Source: Acidimicrobiales bacterium
GTDB lineage: Bacteria > Actinomycetota > Acidimicrobiia > Acidimicrobiales > JBOGIG01
DNA length: 64,000 nt
Reading direction: 5' to 3'
NCBI GenBank assembly: GCA_050742455.1
Contig: JBOGIG010000004.1
Location: 96,613-160,612, forward strand
Positions 35,681-45,874 of this stretch are shown one piece after another (positions within the stretch are counted from its first letter, which is position 1; the number at the start of each line of letters is the position of its first letter). The notes under the pieces were generated by a model. That model did no database searches, had not been told where the DNA came from, and saw only the letters and a list, made by a program, of their open reading frames with translations. The translations under genes and the position numbers were made by a program.

Positions 35681-35712
35681 GGCGCCGCCGGCCCGGCCAG
35701 GCCGGCGGCGCC
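35681..35712. terminator. 13-bp GC hairpin between convergent glgP and the enoyl-CoA hydratase gene
   Basis: ggcgccgccggcc (35681-35693), loop cggcca, ggccggcggcgcc (35700-35712). There is no U-tract, so this would be an actinobacterial I-shaped terminator. Confidence 0.45.
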
Positions 35713-35720
35713 AGGACCCG

Positions 35721-36521
35721 CTACTTGCCGACGAAGGTGGCCTTTCCCGGGCCCTGCGCCAGGAAGGAAGCCACGCCCGCTTGTGCATCGACGGTGGCAA
35801 AGACCTGCTTGAAGCATTCGAGCTCCAGGGCCAAGCCTGCTCGCAGATCCCCATCCAGACCTGCGTCTATGGCCCGCTTGGCCAGCGCGTGGGCCAGCAC
35901 CGGCCCCCGGGCCAGCTCTCCTGCCCATTCCAGCGCCGCCTCCAGAACCGCCTCGGCCTCCGCCTCCCGGCTCGGCCCGGTGATTACCCGGTCCACCAGA
36001 CCAATACTCTCGGCCTCGGTCGCCCCCACCTGGCGACCGGTCAAGATAAGAGCCTTGGCGCGGGCCGGTCCCACCAGTCGGGCCAGACGTTGGGTGCCAC
36101 CTCCTCCGGGGATGATCCCCAGCTGGATCTCGGGCTGACCCATCCGGGCCGACGCGGCCATAACGCGAAAGTCACAAGCCAGGGCCAATTCACAACCGCC
36201 ACCCAAGGCATAGCCGGTGATTGCCGCGATCACGGCCCGAGGCACTTGGGCCAGGGTGTTCAAGGCCCGGTGGAACAACCCCCCGATCTCGCCTGCCCGT
36301 TCGGAGTCGCCGAACTCGGCGATGTCCGCCCCGGCGGCGAAGAGGCGCGGTCCCCCCCACACCACCACCGCCCCGGGTGGGTTGGCTTCCAGGTCCGATG
36401 CGGCCTCGGCAAGCTGGACCAACAAATCGACCGACAAGGCGTTCATCTTGGGCCGGTCCAGGCGAAGTAGCGCCACCCCGTCCGGACGGCGCTGCAACGT
36501 GATGAATTCGGGGCTCATCAC
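35721..36521 (-). CDS. Enoyl-CoA hydratase/isomerase (crotonase family)
   Basis: 266 aa. Crotonase fold sequence (FAAGADI, ITGYALGGGCELALACD, GIIPGGGGTQRL). Confidence 0.9.
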   Translation of the reverse strand: MMSPEFITLQRRPDGVALLRLDRPKMNALSVDLLVQLAEAASDLEANPPGAVVVWGGPRLFAAGADIAEFGDSERAGEIGGLFHRALNTLAQVPRAVIAAITGYALGGGCELALACDFRVMAASARMGQPEIQLGIIPGGGGTQRLARLVGPARAKALILTGRQVGATEAESIGLVDRVITGPSREAEAEAVLEAALEWAGELARGPVLAHALAKRAIDAGLDGDLRAGLALELECFKQVFATVDAQAGVASFLAQGPGKATFVGK

Positions 36522-36548
36522 GCCAAGCTACTCATGACACCGAGCAGG

Positions 36549-36589
36549 AGTCACCTGGCAGTTACATCGCAGTCACCTGGCAGTTACAT
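36549..36589. repeat. Tandem duplication (period 22 bp, 19-bp identical core) spanning the meaB stop codon
   Basis: agtcacctggcagttacat at 36549-36567 and again at 36571-36589, separated by cgc. The meaB TAA lies at 36586..36584. Confidence 0.85.
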
Positions 36590-37654
36590 GGCACCGCCAC
36601 CGTCCTGTCCGGCGCCTTCGGCGACGCTCCTTACGATTTGGCCGGCGGCACGATAGGGATCGAGCCGGCGAGCCATCATCTCCAGGCGGCGGGACTCGAA
36701 TGCCGGACCATCCCACACCCCGAGCGCCCTCTGCTCGAGCAGGCGAATGACGATGCGACGAAGCTCGTCTTCCAGGCGCTTGGCCCGGCGCAGTTCCAAT
36801 GCCCCCGATTCATTGTTGTACAGGCGATGGCGGACGATCTCGGCCCACAACTCGGCCGGTCCCTCATCGTCGGAGGCCACGGTGCGCACGATGGGGGGGC
36901 GCCAGTCCCCCATCAGGGACAGATCCAACATCGACTTCAGGTCCCTCTCGGTCTGGCGCACCCCGGGTCGATCGGCCTTGTTGATCACGAAGATGTCGGC
37001 TATCTCCATGAGGCCTGCCTTGTTGGCCTGCACGGAGTCGCCCCATCCAGGCGTGACCACCACCACGGTGGTGTCGGCGGCTCCGGCCACTTCTACTTCG
37101 ACCTGTCCCACTCCCACCGTTTCCACCAGAACCACAGGAAATCCGACGGCATCGAGGAGTCGGATCGCCTCGGGAACGGCCAGGCTCAGACCTCCGAGGT
37201 GCCCCCGGGTGGCCATGGAACGGATGTACACCCCCTGATCGGTGGCGTGGTCAGCCATGCGCACCCGGTCACCAAGGATTGCTCCGCCCGAGAACGGCGA
37301 CGACGGGTCTACAGCCACGACGGCCACCTGCCCCTCGGTCCGCGCCTGGCTGATGAGGCAGTCGGTCAGGGTTGACTTGCCCGCTCCCGGCGCCCCTGTC
37401 ATCCCTATGGTGTAGGCCCCTCCTCCGAGGGGGTATGCCAGTTCCCCAATCCGACGGGCACGGGGTCCACCCCTCTCCACCCAGGACAGCAGGCGAGCCA
37501 AACTGGCCCGCCGGCCGGCCGCCGCCGACTCGAACAGGTCGACGATCGAGCTTGTGGACGAACCTGTCGTCGATCCATCGACCAAGGTGTCCCTGGCGCC
37601 ATCGATCCCCCCAACAACCGGGCCTTCAGCCCGTTCGACCTCAGGCTCCGACAT
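36584..37654 (-). CDS. meaB: Methylmalonyl-CoA mutase-associated G3E GTPase (MeaB/ArgK)
   Basis: P-loop GMTGAPGAGKST and NKAD specificity motif. Start set at ATG 37654, overlapping the murA 3' end by 14 nt. Confidence 0.9.
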   Translation of the reverse strand: MSEPEVERAEGPVVGGIDGARDTLVDGSTTGSSTSSIVDLFESAAAGRRASLARLLSWVERGGPRARRIGELAYPLGGGAYTIGMTGAPGAGKSTLTDCLISQARTEGQVAVVAVDPSSPFSGGAILGDRVRMADHATDQGVYIRSMATRGHLGGLSLAVPEAIRLLDAVGFPVVLVETVGVGQVEVEVAGAADTTVVVVTPGWGDSVQANKAGLMEIADIFVINKADRPGVRQTERDLKSMLDLSLMGDWRPPIVRTVASDDEGPAELWAEIVRHRLYNNESGALELRRAKRLEDELRRIVIRLLEQRALGVWDGPAFESRRLEMMARRLDPYRAAGQIVRSVAEGAGQDGGGAM

Positions 37655-38987
37655 CGCACGCGACCCTGGTGACATCGGCCCCCAGCGTCGACAGTTTGCC
37701 GGCAAAGTCCTCGTAGCCCCGATCGACGTGGGCCGCTCCCTTCACTTGGGTCTCGCCCGAAGCGGCCAGTCCGGCTAGCACCAGTGCGGTTCCGGCCCGA
37801 ATGTCGCCTGCCGTGACCGAGGCGCCCGCCAGGTGGTCGACCCCTCGGACCACGGCGTGATGGCCCTCGGTGGTGATATCGGCGCCCATGCGTCGGAGCT
37901 CTTCGATGTAGCGGAAGCGCCCAGCGAAGATGTTCTCCGAGACGATCCCAGTTCCCGAGCCCGTGCACATCATGGTCACCATCAACGGCTTGTAATCGGT
38001 AGCCACTCCAGGGTAGGGCAGGGTGGCCACGTCAACGCACGAAATTCGACCGGCAGCACTGGCCCATATCCCTTCGACGTCTGCGCCGCCGGCACCAGCC
38101 GGACCCAGGGCGCCGTCGGGGGGAAGAGGCGAGGTGCCGGTGGATATGGACATCCCCATCTCGCTCAGCTTCTCCAGGAGCATGTCCATGTGTTGGGGAT
38201 TGGCTCCCCCGACAAAGATCTCACCCCCAGCGATCCCCACTGCGGCCAGGTAGGTAGCGGCCTCCACCCGATCGGACACGACTCGGTGATGAGCGGGCCT
38301 GAGAGATCCGACGCCCTCGACCACGAGGCGGGAGGTGCCTTCACCGCTGACCCGGGCACCCATGCCGTTGAGCATCTGGGCCAGATCTACCACCTCGGGT
38401 TCCCGGGCCGAGTTCTCGATGATGGTGGTCCCCTTCGCCAGCACCGCCGCCATCAACAGGTTGTCCGTAGTGGTGTGACTCGGATACTCCAGAACCAGGC
38501 GGGTTCCCTTCAAACCGTCGGCCCTGGCCTCCAGGTACCCAGGCTCTTGGGTGAAGTCCGCCCCCAATGCTTCCAAGCCCCGCAGGTGAAAGTCGATCGG
38601 ACGGTTCCCGAAGTCGTCGCCGCCGGGTTGATGGATCACCGCCCGGCCACAGCGCGCCAGCAACGCCCCGGGCAACACGACCGAAGCCCTCATCCGCTCC
38701 ACGAGGGCGTAGGGGACATCTGGGTTGAGGATCGCCGGCGTATCGATCTGGAGATGGTCCGAGCCCACCCGGTTCACAGTCACACCCATCGTCCCCAACA
38801 GATCGGCCATCACATCCACGTCGCTGATGCGAGGCACGTTGAACAGGTGATGTCGTCCCTCGGCGAGGATGCAGGCCACCATGAGCTTGAGCACCGAATT
38901 CTTGGCCCCGCCCACATGAACCGCTCCGGCGAGCGCAGCACCCGGGCGGACCAGGAACATCTCGGCTCGTTTCATCTGAGAAGTCAC
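37641..38987 (-). CDS. murA: UDP-N-acetylglucosamine 1-carboxyvinyltransferase
   Basis: 448 aa. The MurA fold is recognisable throughout (GAKNSVLKLM, LPYPGVATD). The active-site loop reads PGGDDFGNRPID, i.e. Asp where E. coli has Cys115. Confidence 0.95.
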   Translation of the reverse strand: MTSQMKRAEMFLVRPGAALAGAVHVGGAKNSVLKLMVACILAEGRHHLFNVPRISDVDVMADLLGTMGVTVNRVGSDHLQIDTPAILNPDVPYALVERMRASVVLPGALLARCGRAVIHQPGGDDFGNRPIDFHLRGLEALGADFTQEPGYLEARADGLKGTRLVLEYPSHTTTDNLLMAAVLAKGTTIIENSAREPEVVDLAQMLNGMGARVSGEGTSRLVVEGVGSLRPAHHRVVSDRVEAATYLAAVGIAGGEIFVGGANPQHMDMLLEKLSEMGMSISTGTSPLPPDGALGPAGAGGADVEGIWASAAGRISCVDVATLPYPGVATDYKPLMVTMMCTGSGTGIVSENIFAGRFRYIEELRRMGADITTEGHHAVVRGVDHLAGASVTAGDIRAGTALVLAGLAASGETQVKGAAHVDRGYEDFAGKLSTLGADVTRVACDVGA

Positions 38988-39020
38988 GCCCTCAGTATGG
39001 TCCGCCGACCGGCCCCGCCA

Positions 39021-40991
39021 TCAACTGCCTCGGCTGGGGACGTCAGCGTGGCCCTGGCCGCCACCGACGTTACCGGGGAGGCCGGCCAGGAATGCCTCCA
39101 TACGTTCCAGCTCGTCGACGATGGTGGCAGGGCGCTTCCAACCATGGCCCTCGCCGGGATAGACCACCAGTTCGACCCGTCCCCCGGCGTCCCTCACGGC
39201 CCGGGCCAGGGCCTGGGATTGCTCCAGGGGGACCACGGGATCCTCGGAGCCATGAAGGATCAGCAATGGGGCGGTTATCAGTTGGGCAAAATGCAGGGGT
39301 GATCGGTCCCGGTACACGTCCGCTGCTTGCGGGAGGGGTCCGATGAGGGAGTCGGTGTAATGGGCCTCAAAGCGGTGAGTCCGGGCACGAAGGTCCATGA
39401 GGTCGGCCACCCCGTACAGGTCGATCCCCGCAGCGCACAGCTCAGGATGGTGAGCCATCAGGCTGAGCACGGTCAGGCCGCCCGAGGATCCCCCGACGGG
39501 GACCATGCTCCCGGGTAGGGCCCAGTTCCGCTCCAGAGCGGCGCGCATCCCCCCGGCGGTGTCAGCCACGTCCAAGTCACCCCACCGATGGGTCAGGGAC
39601 TGGGTATAGCGCCGACCCCACCCCGAAGAGCCCCGATGGTCGGGGGCCAGCACCGACCAGCCCCTCTCCAGGAAGTAGGCCAGTCGGGGATTGAACGTCA
39701 CCTGCATCTGTCCCGTTGGGCCACCGTGGAGCCACACCAGCAGCGGGGCCGGATCGTCGCCTCGGGCCCGGTACAGGCGGCCGTGGACCACACCCAGGGA
39801 CGTGCTGGCCGGTGGATCGGATACGGCTGACGGATCGGATACGGCTGACGGATCGGGAGTCACCTCTGCTTCCCATTCCACCAACTCGGGCTCGACCAAC
39901 CCGGCCCCTTCGAAGCCCCCAACCGGTCCTCGAACGACTGGGCGTCGGTGGCGGGTGGCCACATCCAGGACAAAGACCTGAGTCGGTGTAACCGCTCCCG
40001 ATCTCAATCCGGCCAGGTGCGATCCGACCCACGACAATGCGCCGTGCACCCCCCGACCGAGCTCGGTTATCTCTCCATTGTCAAGGGGGGCCAGGCACAG
40101 CCGGCCGAAACCGCCCTCGTTGCGAGCCAGGGCCACCGCCAAAGAGTCGGGCGACCAGGCAAAACTTCTCTGGCCCCCGCCCCAAGTCGGTTCGGCGTGT
40201 TCGAACGCCTCTGCCACAACTGGCCTGGGAGCGGTGGCGCCGCTGCGGTCTGCCACCCAGACATTGGCCCAGCCCCCCGCATCACAGATGTAGGCCAGGT
40301 ATGACCCGTCGGGGGAGTAGCGCGGCTGGCCCAGGCTTTTGCCCGGCCCCCCGGCCGCAATCCACCCCTCTCCTGGTCTGGGATTGTCGCCGTCGGACAA
40401 AAAAGGGGCGACTCGTATGAGACTGGAGTCCCACGCCATGTCGGGGGCGTCCCACTCGTGCCAGGCCAGCTCGGCGCCGTCGGGCGACCATACCGGATCT
40501 AGAGCGAACCGGCCCGAGGACACCTCGGGAGGAGATATAACGGCCGGGCCGGAAACGTGCCCGGAGGTCGATCCGGTCGATACCACTACGACCGATCGAG
40601 TGGCCGCCACGAAGGCCACCCATGCCCCGTCGGGCGACACCGCAGGACACGAAGCATCAAGCGGTTCGGTCAGGGGCCGCGACGGTCCTCCCTCGGCGCG
40701 GACCTCGTGCAGGGCGCCGTCCTGGCCCACATAGATCAGGCCGGTCCCGTCCGGGTACCAGTCGGCAACGGCGCCGGACAATCCATGGGTTCCCACCGGC
40801 GCTGGGTCAGTGGCCACAATGGTTTCCGGCCCTCCTTCAGTGTCAATGACAGCCAGGTAGTTGGTTCCCCCCCAACCCACCAAATAGGCCACGCGGCGCC
40901 CTTCTGGGGAAAGCCGGGGGTCGCCGATGGTCCGTCCCGCCCCGCACATCAAAGCGGTAATGCGCCGACCGCGGGTCATGGCCAACAACAT
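39021..40991 (-). CDS. S9 family serine peptidase (beta-propeller plus alpha/beta hydrolase)
   Basis: C-terminal catalytic domain with HGGPTGQ, nucleophile GGSSGG and ILHGSEDPVVP. The N-terminal half is propeller-like. Confidence 0.88.
   Translation of the reverse strand: MLLAMTRGRRITALMCGAGRTIGDPRLSPEGRRVAYLVGWGGTNYLAVIDTEGGPETIVATDPAPVGTHGLSGAVADWYPDGTGLIYVGQDGALHEVRAEGGPSRPLTEPLDASCPAVSPDGAWVAFVAATRSVVVVSTGSTSGHVSGPAVISPPEVSSGRFALDPVWSPDGAELAWHEWDAPDMAWDSSLIRVAPFLSDGDNPRPGEGWIAAGGPGKSLGQPRYSPDGSYLAYICDAGGWANVWVADRSGATAPRPVVAEAFEHAEPTWGGGQRSFAWSPDSLAVALARNEGGFGRLCLAPLDNGEITELGRGVHGALSWVGSHLAGLRSGAVTPTQVFVLDVATRHRRPVVRGPVGGFEGAGLVEPELVEWEAEVTPDPSAVSDPSAVSDPPASTSLGVVHGRLYRARGDDPAPLLVWLHGGPTGQMQVTFNPRLAYFLERGWSVLAPDHRGSSGWGRRYTQSLTHRWGDLDVADTAGGMRAALERNWALPGSMVPVGGSSGGLTVLSLMAHHPELCAAGIDLYGVADLMDLRARTHRFEAHYTDSLIGPLPQAADVYRDRSPLHFAQLITAPLLILHGSEDPVVPLEQSQALARAVRDAGGRVELVVYPGEGHGWKRPATIVDELERMEAFLAGLPGNVGGGQGHADVPSRGS
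39814..39858. repeat. 18-bp tandem repeat (2.5 units) inside the S9 peptidase gene (encodes DPSAVS DPSAVS DP)
   Basis: ggatcggatacggctgac x2 (39814-39849), then ggatcggga. Confidence 0.9.
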
Positions 40992-41024
40992 ACGGCCGGC
41001 AAGCTTTGAGTAGGGTCATCCCAT

Positions 41025-42020
41025 ATGACGCGACAACGACAAGGGCCTGACCGCAACCTGGCCATGGACCTGGTTCGAGTGACAGAGGCGGCGGCCATGG
41101 CCGCCGGTCGGTGGATGGGTCGGGGCGACAAGGAAGGCGCCGACGGGGCCGCTGTGGACGCCATGCGCATCGTGCTCGCCACTGTGGCCATGGATGGCGT
41201 GGTGGTGATCGGCGAAGGCGAAAAGGACGAAGCTCCAATGCTCTACAACGGTGAGCGCATCGGCGACGGCAGTCCAATGTTGACCGACATCGCCGTCGAT
41301 CCGATCGACGGGACGACCCCTACTGCCATGGGCCGGGGCGGGGCCCTGTCGGTGATCGCCGTCAGCGACCGTGGCACGATGTTCAACCCCGGGCCATGCG
41401 TGTACATGGAAAAGCTGGCCGTGGGGCCCGAGGCGGCGGGCCACATCGATATTTCGCGGTCGCCCACGGACAACCTGATGGCTATCGCCCAGGCGAAGGG
41501 GACTACGGTCAGGAATCTGACGGCCGTGATCCTGGACCGCGAGCGGCACATGGACCTCATCGCCGAAGTGCGCGACGCGGGCGCGCGCATTCGTCTCATT
41601 ACCGATGGCGACGTGGCCGGAGCCATCTCTACTGCGTGGCCCGAGTCCGGCGTTGACGTCCTGTTCGGCATCGGGGGCACGCCCGAGGGGGTGATCTCCG
41701 CCGCCGCCCTCAAGTGCATGGGAGGCGAGATCCAGGGCCGGCTATGGCCTCGCGACGCCGCGGAGCGCAATTCGGCCATGGCCGCCGGGTATGACCTCGA
41801 CGCCATACAAAGCAACGACGATCTGGTGCGAGGAGGAAATTGCTTCTTCGCTGCCACCGGTATCACCGATGGCGAGCTGCTCAACGGGATCCGATACTCG
41901 TCGCGCGGCGCCGCCACCCAATCCCTTGTGATGAGGTCGAAGTCGGGTACCGTGCGACGGATCGACGCCCTGCACCGGCTGGAGAAGCTGGCCGAGTTCT
42001 CGGCCATCGAGTTCGGCTGA
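41025..42020 (+). CDS. glpX: Fructose-1,6-bisphosphatase class II
   Basis: 331 aa. GlpX-like throughout ([32 protein letters not shown]). Confidence 0.95.
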   Translation: MTRQRQGPDRNLAMDLVRVTEAAAMAAGRWMGRGDKEGADGAAVDAMRIVLATVAMDGVVVIGEGEKDEAPMLYNGERIGDGSPMLTDIAVDPIDGTTPTAMGRGGALSVIAVSDRGTMFNPGPCVYMEKLAVGPEAAGHIDISRSPTDNLMAIAQAKGTTVRNLTAVILDRERHMDLIAEVRDAGARIRLITDGDVAGAISTAWPESGVDVLFGIGGTPEGVISAAALKCMGGEIQGRLWPRDAAERNSAMAAGYDLDAIQSNDDLVRGGNCFFAATGITDGELLNGIRYSSRGAATQSLVMRSKSGTVRRIDALHRLEKLAEFSAIEFG

Positions 42021-42074
42021 CCGCGCCCGCCCAAGTCACCCGGGCTCAGTCGCCCAGCCCTGCGTCGACCAGCC

Positions 42075-44633
42075 TCAGTCGACCAGGGCCTCTCCGTACA
42101 TTTCGGCCCGATCCCGACCGGCGTCCTTGGCCCGGTACACGGCCTGGTCGGCTCTGCGGATCAATTCGTCGGGGCCGTCGGCATAATCGACGGCCACGGC
42201 CACGCCGATGGACACGGTGACCGATACCGGGGCCGCCCCCGCCACCAGGTCAAAGGGGCGGGCAATGACTTCGCCCAGGCGCTTGGCCAGACCCATGGCA
42301 TCGCCGGGCGAGCGCACCTGTTCGCACAGGACCAGGAACTCGTCCCCACCAAAGCGCGCCGCCGTATCCGACTGACGCAGGCAACGGGTGATTCGTTCCG
42401 CCGCCTCGGCCAGCAACGAGTCCCCCACCGAGTGCCCGAAAGCATCATTGACAGCCTTGAATCCGTCCAGGTCCAAGAACAGCACGCCGACCCTAGTCCC
42501 CTGCCGCTTGGCCCGGTCTTGAGCCGCTTCGACCCGAGCGGCAAAGACAGTGCGGTTCACCAATCCGGTCAGGGGGTCGTGGCTGGCCCGGTAGGAAAGC
42601 TCGTCCTGGACCAGCGCCCGCTCCAATGCAACCGCAGCCAGGCGGGTCATGCGGTCCAAGAAGCGCACTTCGTAATCGGGCGGGGGGTCCTCGTCGGCAT
42701 TAACCACGACGATGGCCCCCACCGCCTCTTGGGGACCGTCCCGGCCGTCACCGGTCTGTACCGGTAGTGCCCAGAAGTTCGACCAGCCATAGGCAGTGGC
42801 GGCCAGATCACCGGCTGGCAGGGCGTTGCGGACAAAGCCACCCTGGGCGATGGCCTGGGCCGCGCAAGCCGAGGCCAGGTGATCGGGAATCTTGCCTTGA
42901 CCGGGAGCCAATGAAGCCGCACGACGCGAGGAACGCCCTGTCAGCGGTTGCTCCTCGGACAAGACGATGGCACACACCGAGTTGTACAACTGGCTCTCGA
43001 CCATCTCCGACAGCTTGAAGAGGACCGCTTCGAGGGCATCTCCAGAAGTGATGCTGCCCATGACTTCGGCCACGGCGCCGGACATGTCCCCGTCCCGCTT
43101 GGACTCGGTGATGTCCCGGCAGGAAAATGCCACACCGGCCACGTCAGGATCGTCGAGCAGGTTGACGGCCAAAGATTCGATGTAGCGGGAGGAACCATCG
43201 GCATGGCACAGCCTCAACACCTCCCGAACCGACGGCCCGCCCGGAGCTGCGACGATCTGTGCCATCCATCGGTGGGCAAGATCTCTGTCGTCGGCATTTA
43301 CGATCTCGATCCAATCTTCACCGACGATCTCGTGGTCCGGCCTGCCAAGAGTCTCGAATACGGCGGGACTGGCATACTGCACTATGCCGTCGCCCCTCAC
43401 GATCAGGACCATGTCGTAGAGATTCTCCACCAGCGAGGAAAATCGTCGCTCAGCGAACTGACGGCGGCCTTCTGCCTCGACTAGGGCCGTGACATCTCTG
43501 AGAGTAAAGGTGAGGCCACCAACCGCCGGATCATCAAGCATGTTTACGCCGGCCCCATCGATCAGGCGCCACCCCCCGTGGTTGTCGGAAACCCGGAAAC
43601 TGAAGTTGAGGGCCGCCCCCGGTGTGGCCCGCAGCTGCTCCACCATGTCGGCCAGGTCGGCCAGGTCGTCGGCATGAACGAAGCGGGCATGGGGGAACCG
43701 GTCGATCTCGTCGGGGTTCCAGCCGAACACGGTGGCGGCTGATGGGCTGATATAGGTCGGCCTGCCGCTTTCATCTACGATGACGATAACGTCGGAAATG
43801 TTCTGGACCAGGGCCTTGAACCGCGAGTCCTGGTGGGCCAAGGACTCCTCTATGGCGGCCTGGTCGGAGATGTCTCGGATGACCAGGACCACGCCGTCGA
43901 CAAATGGGTCGTCGGCCAGCAGGGTGCCGGTTATCAGGCACGTTCGCCAGTTGCCATCCTTATCCAGGGCACGGCAGCGCAGCGCCCTGGCCCGTCCGGG
44001 ACGCTCGAAGCACCAGGAGAGTATGTCGTTGACCAACGCAAGGTCGTCGGGATGGACGAAGGACGAGAGATCCCGGGTGGTGACGTCGTCAGTCGTCCAC
44101 CCGAACACCCTCTCGACCGAGGGACTGGAATAGGTCAACTTGGAGTCCCGGCCCAGGACCATGATCACATCGGAGATGTTCTCCACCAGCGACTGGTTGC
44201 GCCCTTCCCGGAGGGTTAGCTCCTCTTGGGTGGTCAGCCGAAGGGTGGCGTCCTCGGCCAGCACGACGATGACCGGCTCGGCCCCGCCGGCCAGCACCCC
44301 CACGCTGGTCTGTACCGGCAGCCAACTGGCGTCCGGCCGCAAATATCGGACATCCTGGATGAAATGGGTCAAATCACCCGAAATGAGTTGATCCAACAGG
44401 CGCCTATTTTCAGCAATATCATCAGGATGGACCAGATCAATCAAGCCACATCCCAGTAATTGCTCCAAGCTATAGCCGACCAGGTGGCAAAAGGCATCGT
44501 TGGCCGAGACAATGCGGCCATCGATGCTGGTAGTGGCTACTCCCAGGCTGATGCGGGCAAAAACCACCCCCAGCATCTCCCCTAAGAAGCCGTCGCCAAG
44601 GCCGGACTGGCCCTGGCGGTCGAATTGGCTCAT
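42075..44633 (-). CDS. Sensor diguanylate cyclase (multiple PAS, GAF-like region, GGDEF)
   Basis: 852 aa. Repeated PAS-like segments. C-terminal GGDEF domain with RQSD-TAARF-GGDEF, i.e. an I-site RxxD five residues before GGDEF. Confidence 0.9.
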   Translation of the reverse strand: MSQFDRQGQSGLGDGFLGEMLGVVFARISLGVATTSIDGRIVSANDAFCHLVGYSLEQLLGCGLIDLVHPDDIAENRRLLDQLISGDLTHFIQDVRYLRPDASWLPVQTSVGVLAGGAEPVIVVLAEDATLRLTTQEELTLREGRNQSLVENISDVIMVLGRDSKLTYSSPSVERVFGWTTDDVTTRDLSSFVHPDDLALVNDILSWCFERPGRARALRCRALDKDGNWRTCLITGTLLADDPFVDGVVLVIRDISDQAAIEESLAHQDSRFKALVQNISDVIVIVDESGRPTYISPSAATVFGWNPDEIDRFPHARFVHADDLADLADMVEQLRATPGAALNFSFRVSDNHGGWRLIDGAGVNMLDDPAVGGLTFTLRDVTALVEAEGRRQFAERRFSSLVENLYDMVLIVRGDGIVQYASPAVFETLGRPDHEIVGEDWIEIVNADDRDLAHRWMAQIVAAPGGPSVREVLRLCHADGSSRYIESLAVNLLDDPDVAGVAFSCRDITESKRDGDMSGAVAEVMGSITSGDALEAVLFKLSEMVESQLYNSVCAIVLSEEQPLTGRSSRRAASLAPGQGKIPDHLASACAAQAIAQGGFVRNALPAGDLAATAYGWSNFWALPVQTGDGRDGPQEAVGAIVVVNADEDPPPDYEVRFLDRMTRLAAVALERALVQDELSYRASHDPLTGLVNRTVFAARVEAAQDRAKRQGTRVGVLFLDLDGFKAVNDAFGHSVGDSLLAEAAERITRCLRQSDTAARFGGDEFLVLCEQVRSPGDAMGLAKRLGEVIARPFDLVAGAAPVSVTVSIGVAVAVDYADGPDELIRRADQAVYRAKDAGRDRAEMYGEALVD

Positions 44634-44787
44634 CTTTGATATCCCCGATACTCCGCCAAATGGCGCCTATCGCCCCGTTCAGATATTTCGACGCGATGGG
44701 ACAAGTGACCTTTCAATTGTGGCCAGGACACTCTGCACTCATACATGCAACCACACAAGATCCTCAGGTCAAACGATCAGGCATGTC

Positions 44788-45840
44788 TTAGCTTCGACCC
44801 GAATGCTCCGATACTTGAACCGCCCGAGTCATTAGAACACAGTCGTCGCCCGCTGTCGTACCGGCCGCCATCCCCGACCGGTGGAAACCCCGTCCGATCA
44901 GGAACTTCTCCATTCGGGTGCCACCCTGGACCAGCGCCGTGACGACAACCGAATCAGACGGGGACCTCGCTCGCGAACCACAGCGCGCTGCCCAGGCCTC
45001 CACTTCGACCAACAGGGCCGATCCGATGCCCTGGCCCAGTCGGTCGGGGCTGACAATCAGGTGCTCCAAATGCAGGCCCCAATGACCCCACTGGGTCCGC
45101 GCCACCCCGACGAGGCTCTTTTCCCTGCGGGCCATGAATGTGTACGAGGACACAAGGCTGGTCTCGGGTGGAACTGCCCCCGCTACCTGACCCGGGGCCG
45201 GGCCGGGCCAGGTGGGGGTCCCCGCAATCCGAGCCGTCGCCTCGACCCAGTCCGTGACGCCGGGATCGGGCCGGACGGCGCCTGTTAGCTCCAACTCCAG
45301 GCCACCGCGGGCCCGGACTACGGGCGGGGCCAGGGCAAAGTCAGCGACGCTGGTCCACACGCGGTCGGCGCCAAGCCGGAGCAGATGGACCGTCTCGATC
45401 ACCACCGTTGTCCTATAGCCATCCAGCGCAGTCAGGATCCCGGGGATCCGATCCGGTGCGACCTGGTCGGCGATCGTGACGTGGGGGACAAATGCTCGGG
45501 AATCCGGACGGTACAGGGGTCCGGCCAGCAGGGCCTGGCGCAGCCGGCCCAGGGCGGAAGGAGCGACCTCGGTGGAGGCTAGGGACTCGGAAACGGCCAG
45601 GTAAACGACCGGATTGTCGGGCCAGAAGGTGGACACCGGGCCCAGTTCCAGGGGAGGCAGCACCGTGGAGGCCGCCACATGGGCGATGTCCTCGATGGCC
45701 AGATCGAACTGGTCGGGCGAGACGTTGACGGGGGGAACCAACGTTATGTGGGGCGGGATGCGGTCCAGGGATGGGGCACTCAGGGACCGACGCAGCCCGT
45801 TGACTTCGTCGGACACGGGCCGGGGCAGGACGAGGGCCAC
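44788..45840 (-). CDS. 2H-phosphoesterase (LigT-like) / GNAT acetyltransferase fusion protein
   Basis: N-terminal half carries two HxT motifs (PPHITLVPP and VPHVTIAD). C-terminal half has the GNAT core RLGQGIGSALLVEVEAWA. GTG start at 45840. Confidence 0.7.
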   Translation of the reverse strand: MALVLPRPVSDEVNGLRRSLSAPSLDRIPPHITLVPPVNVSPDQFDLAIEDIAHVAASTVLPPLELGPVSTFWPDNPVVYLAVSESLASTEVAPSALGRLRQALLAGPLYRPDSRAFVPHVTIADQVAPDRIPGILTALDGYRTTVVIETVHLLRLGADRVWTSVADFALAPPVVRARGGLELELTGAVRPDPGVTDWVEATARIAGTPTWPGPAPGQVAGAVPPETSLVSSYTFMARREKSLVGVARTQWGHWGLHLEHLIVSPDRLGQGIGSALLVEVEAWAARCGSRARSPSDSVVVTALVQGGTRMEKFLIGRGFHRSGMAAGTTAGDDCVLMTRAVQVSEHSGRS

Positions 45841-45874
45841 GCCCAGGCGTACCCGGGCCGTCAGTTCACCTCTG

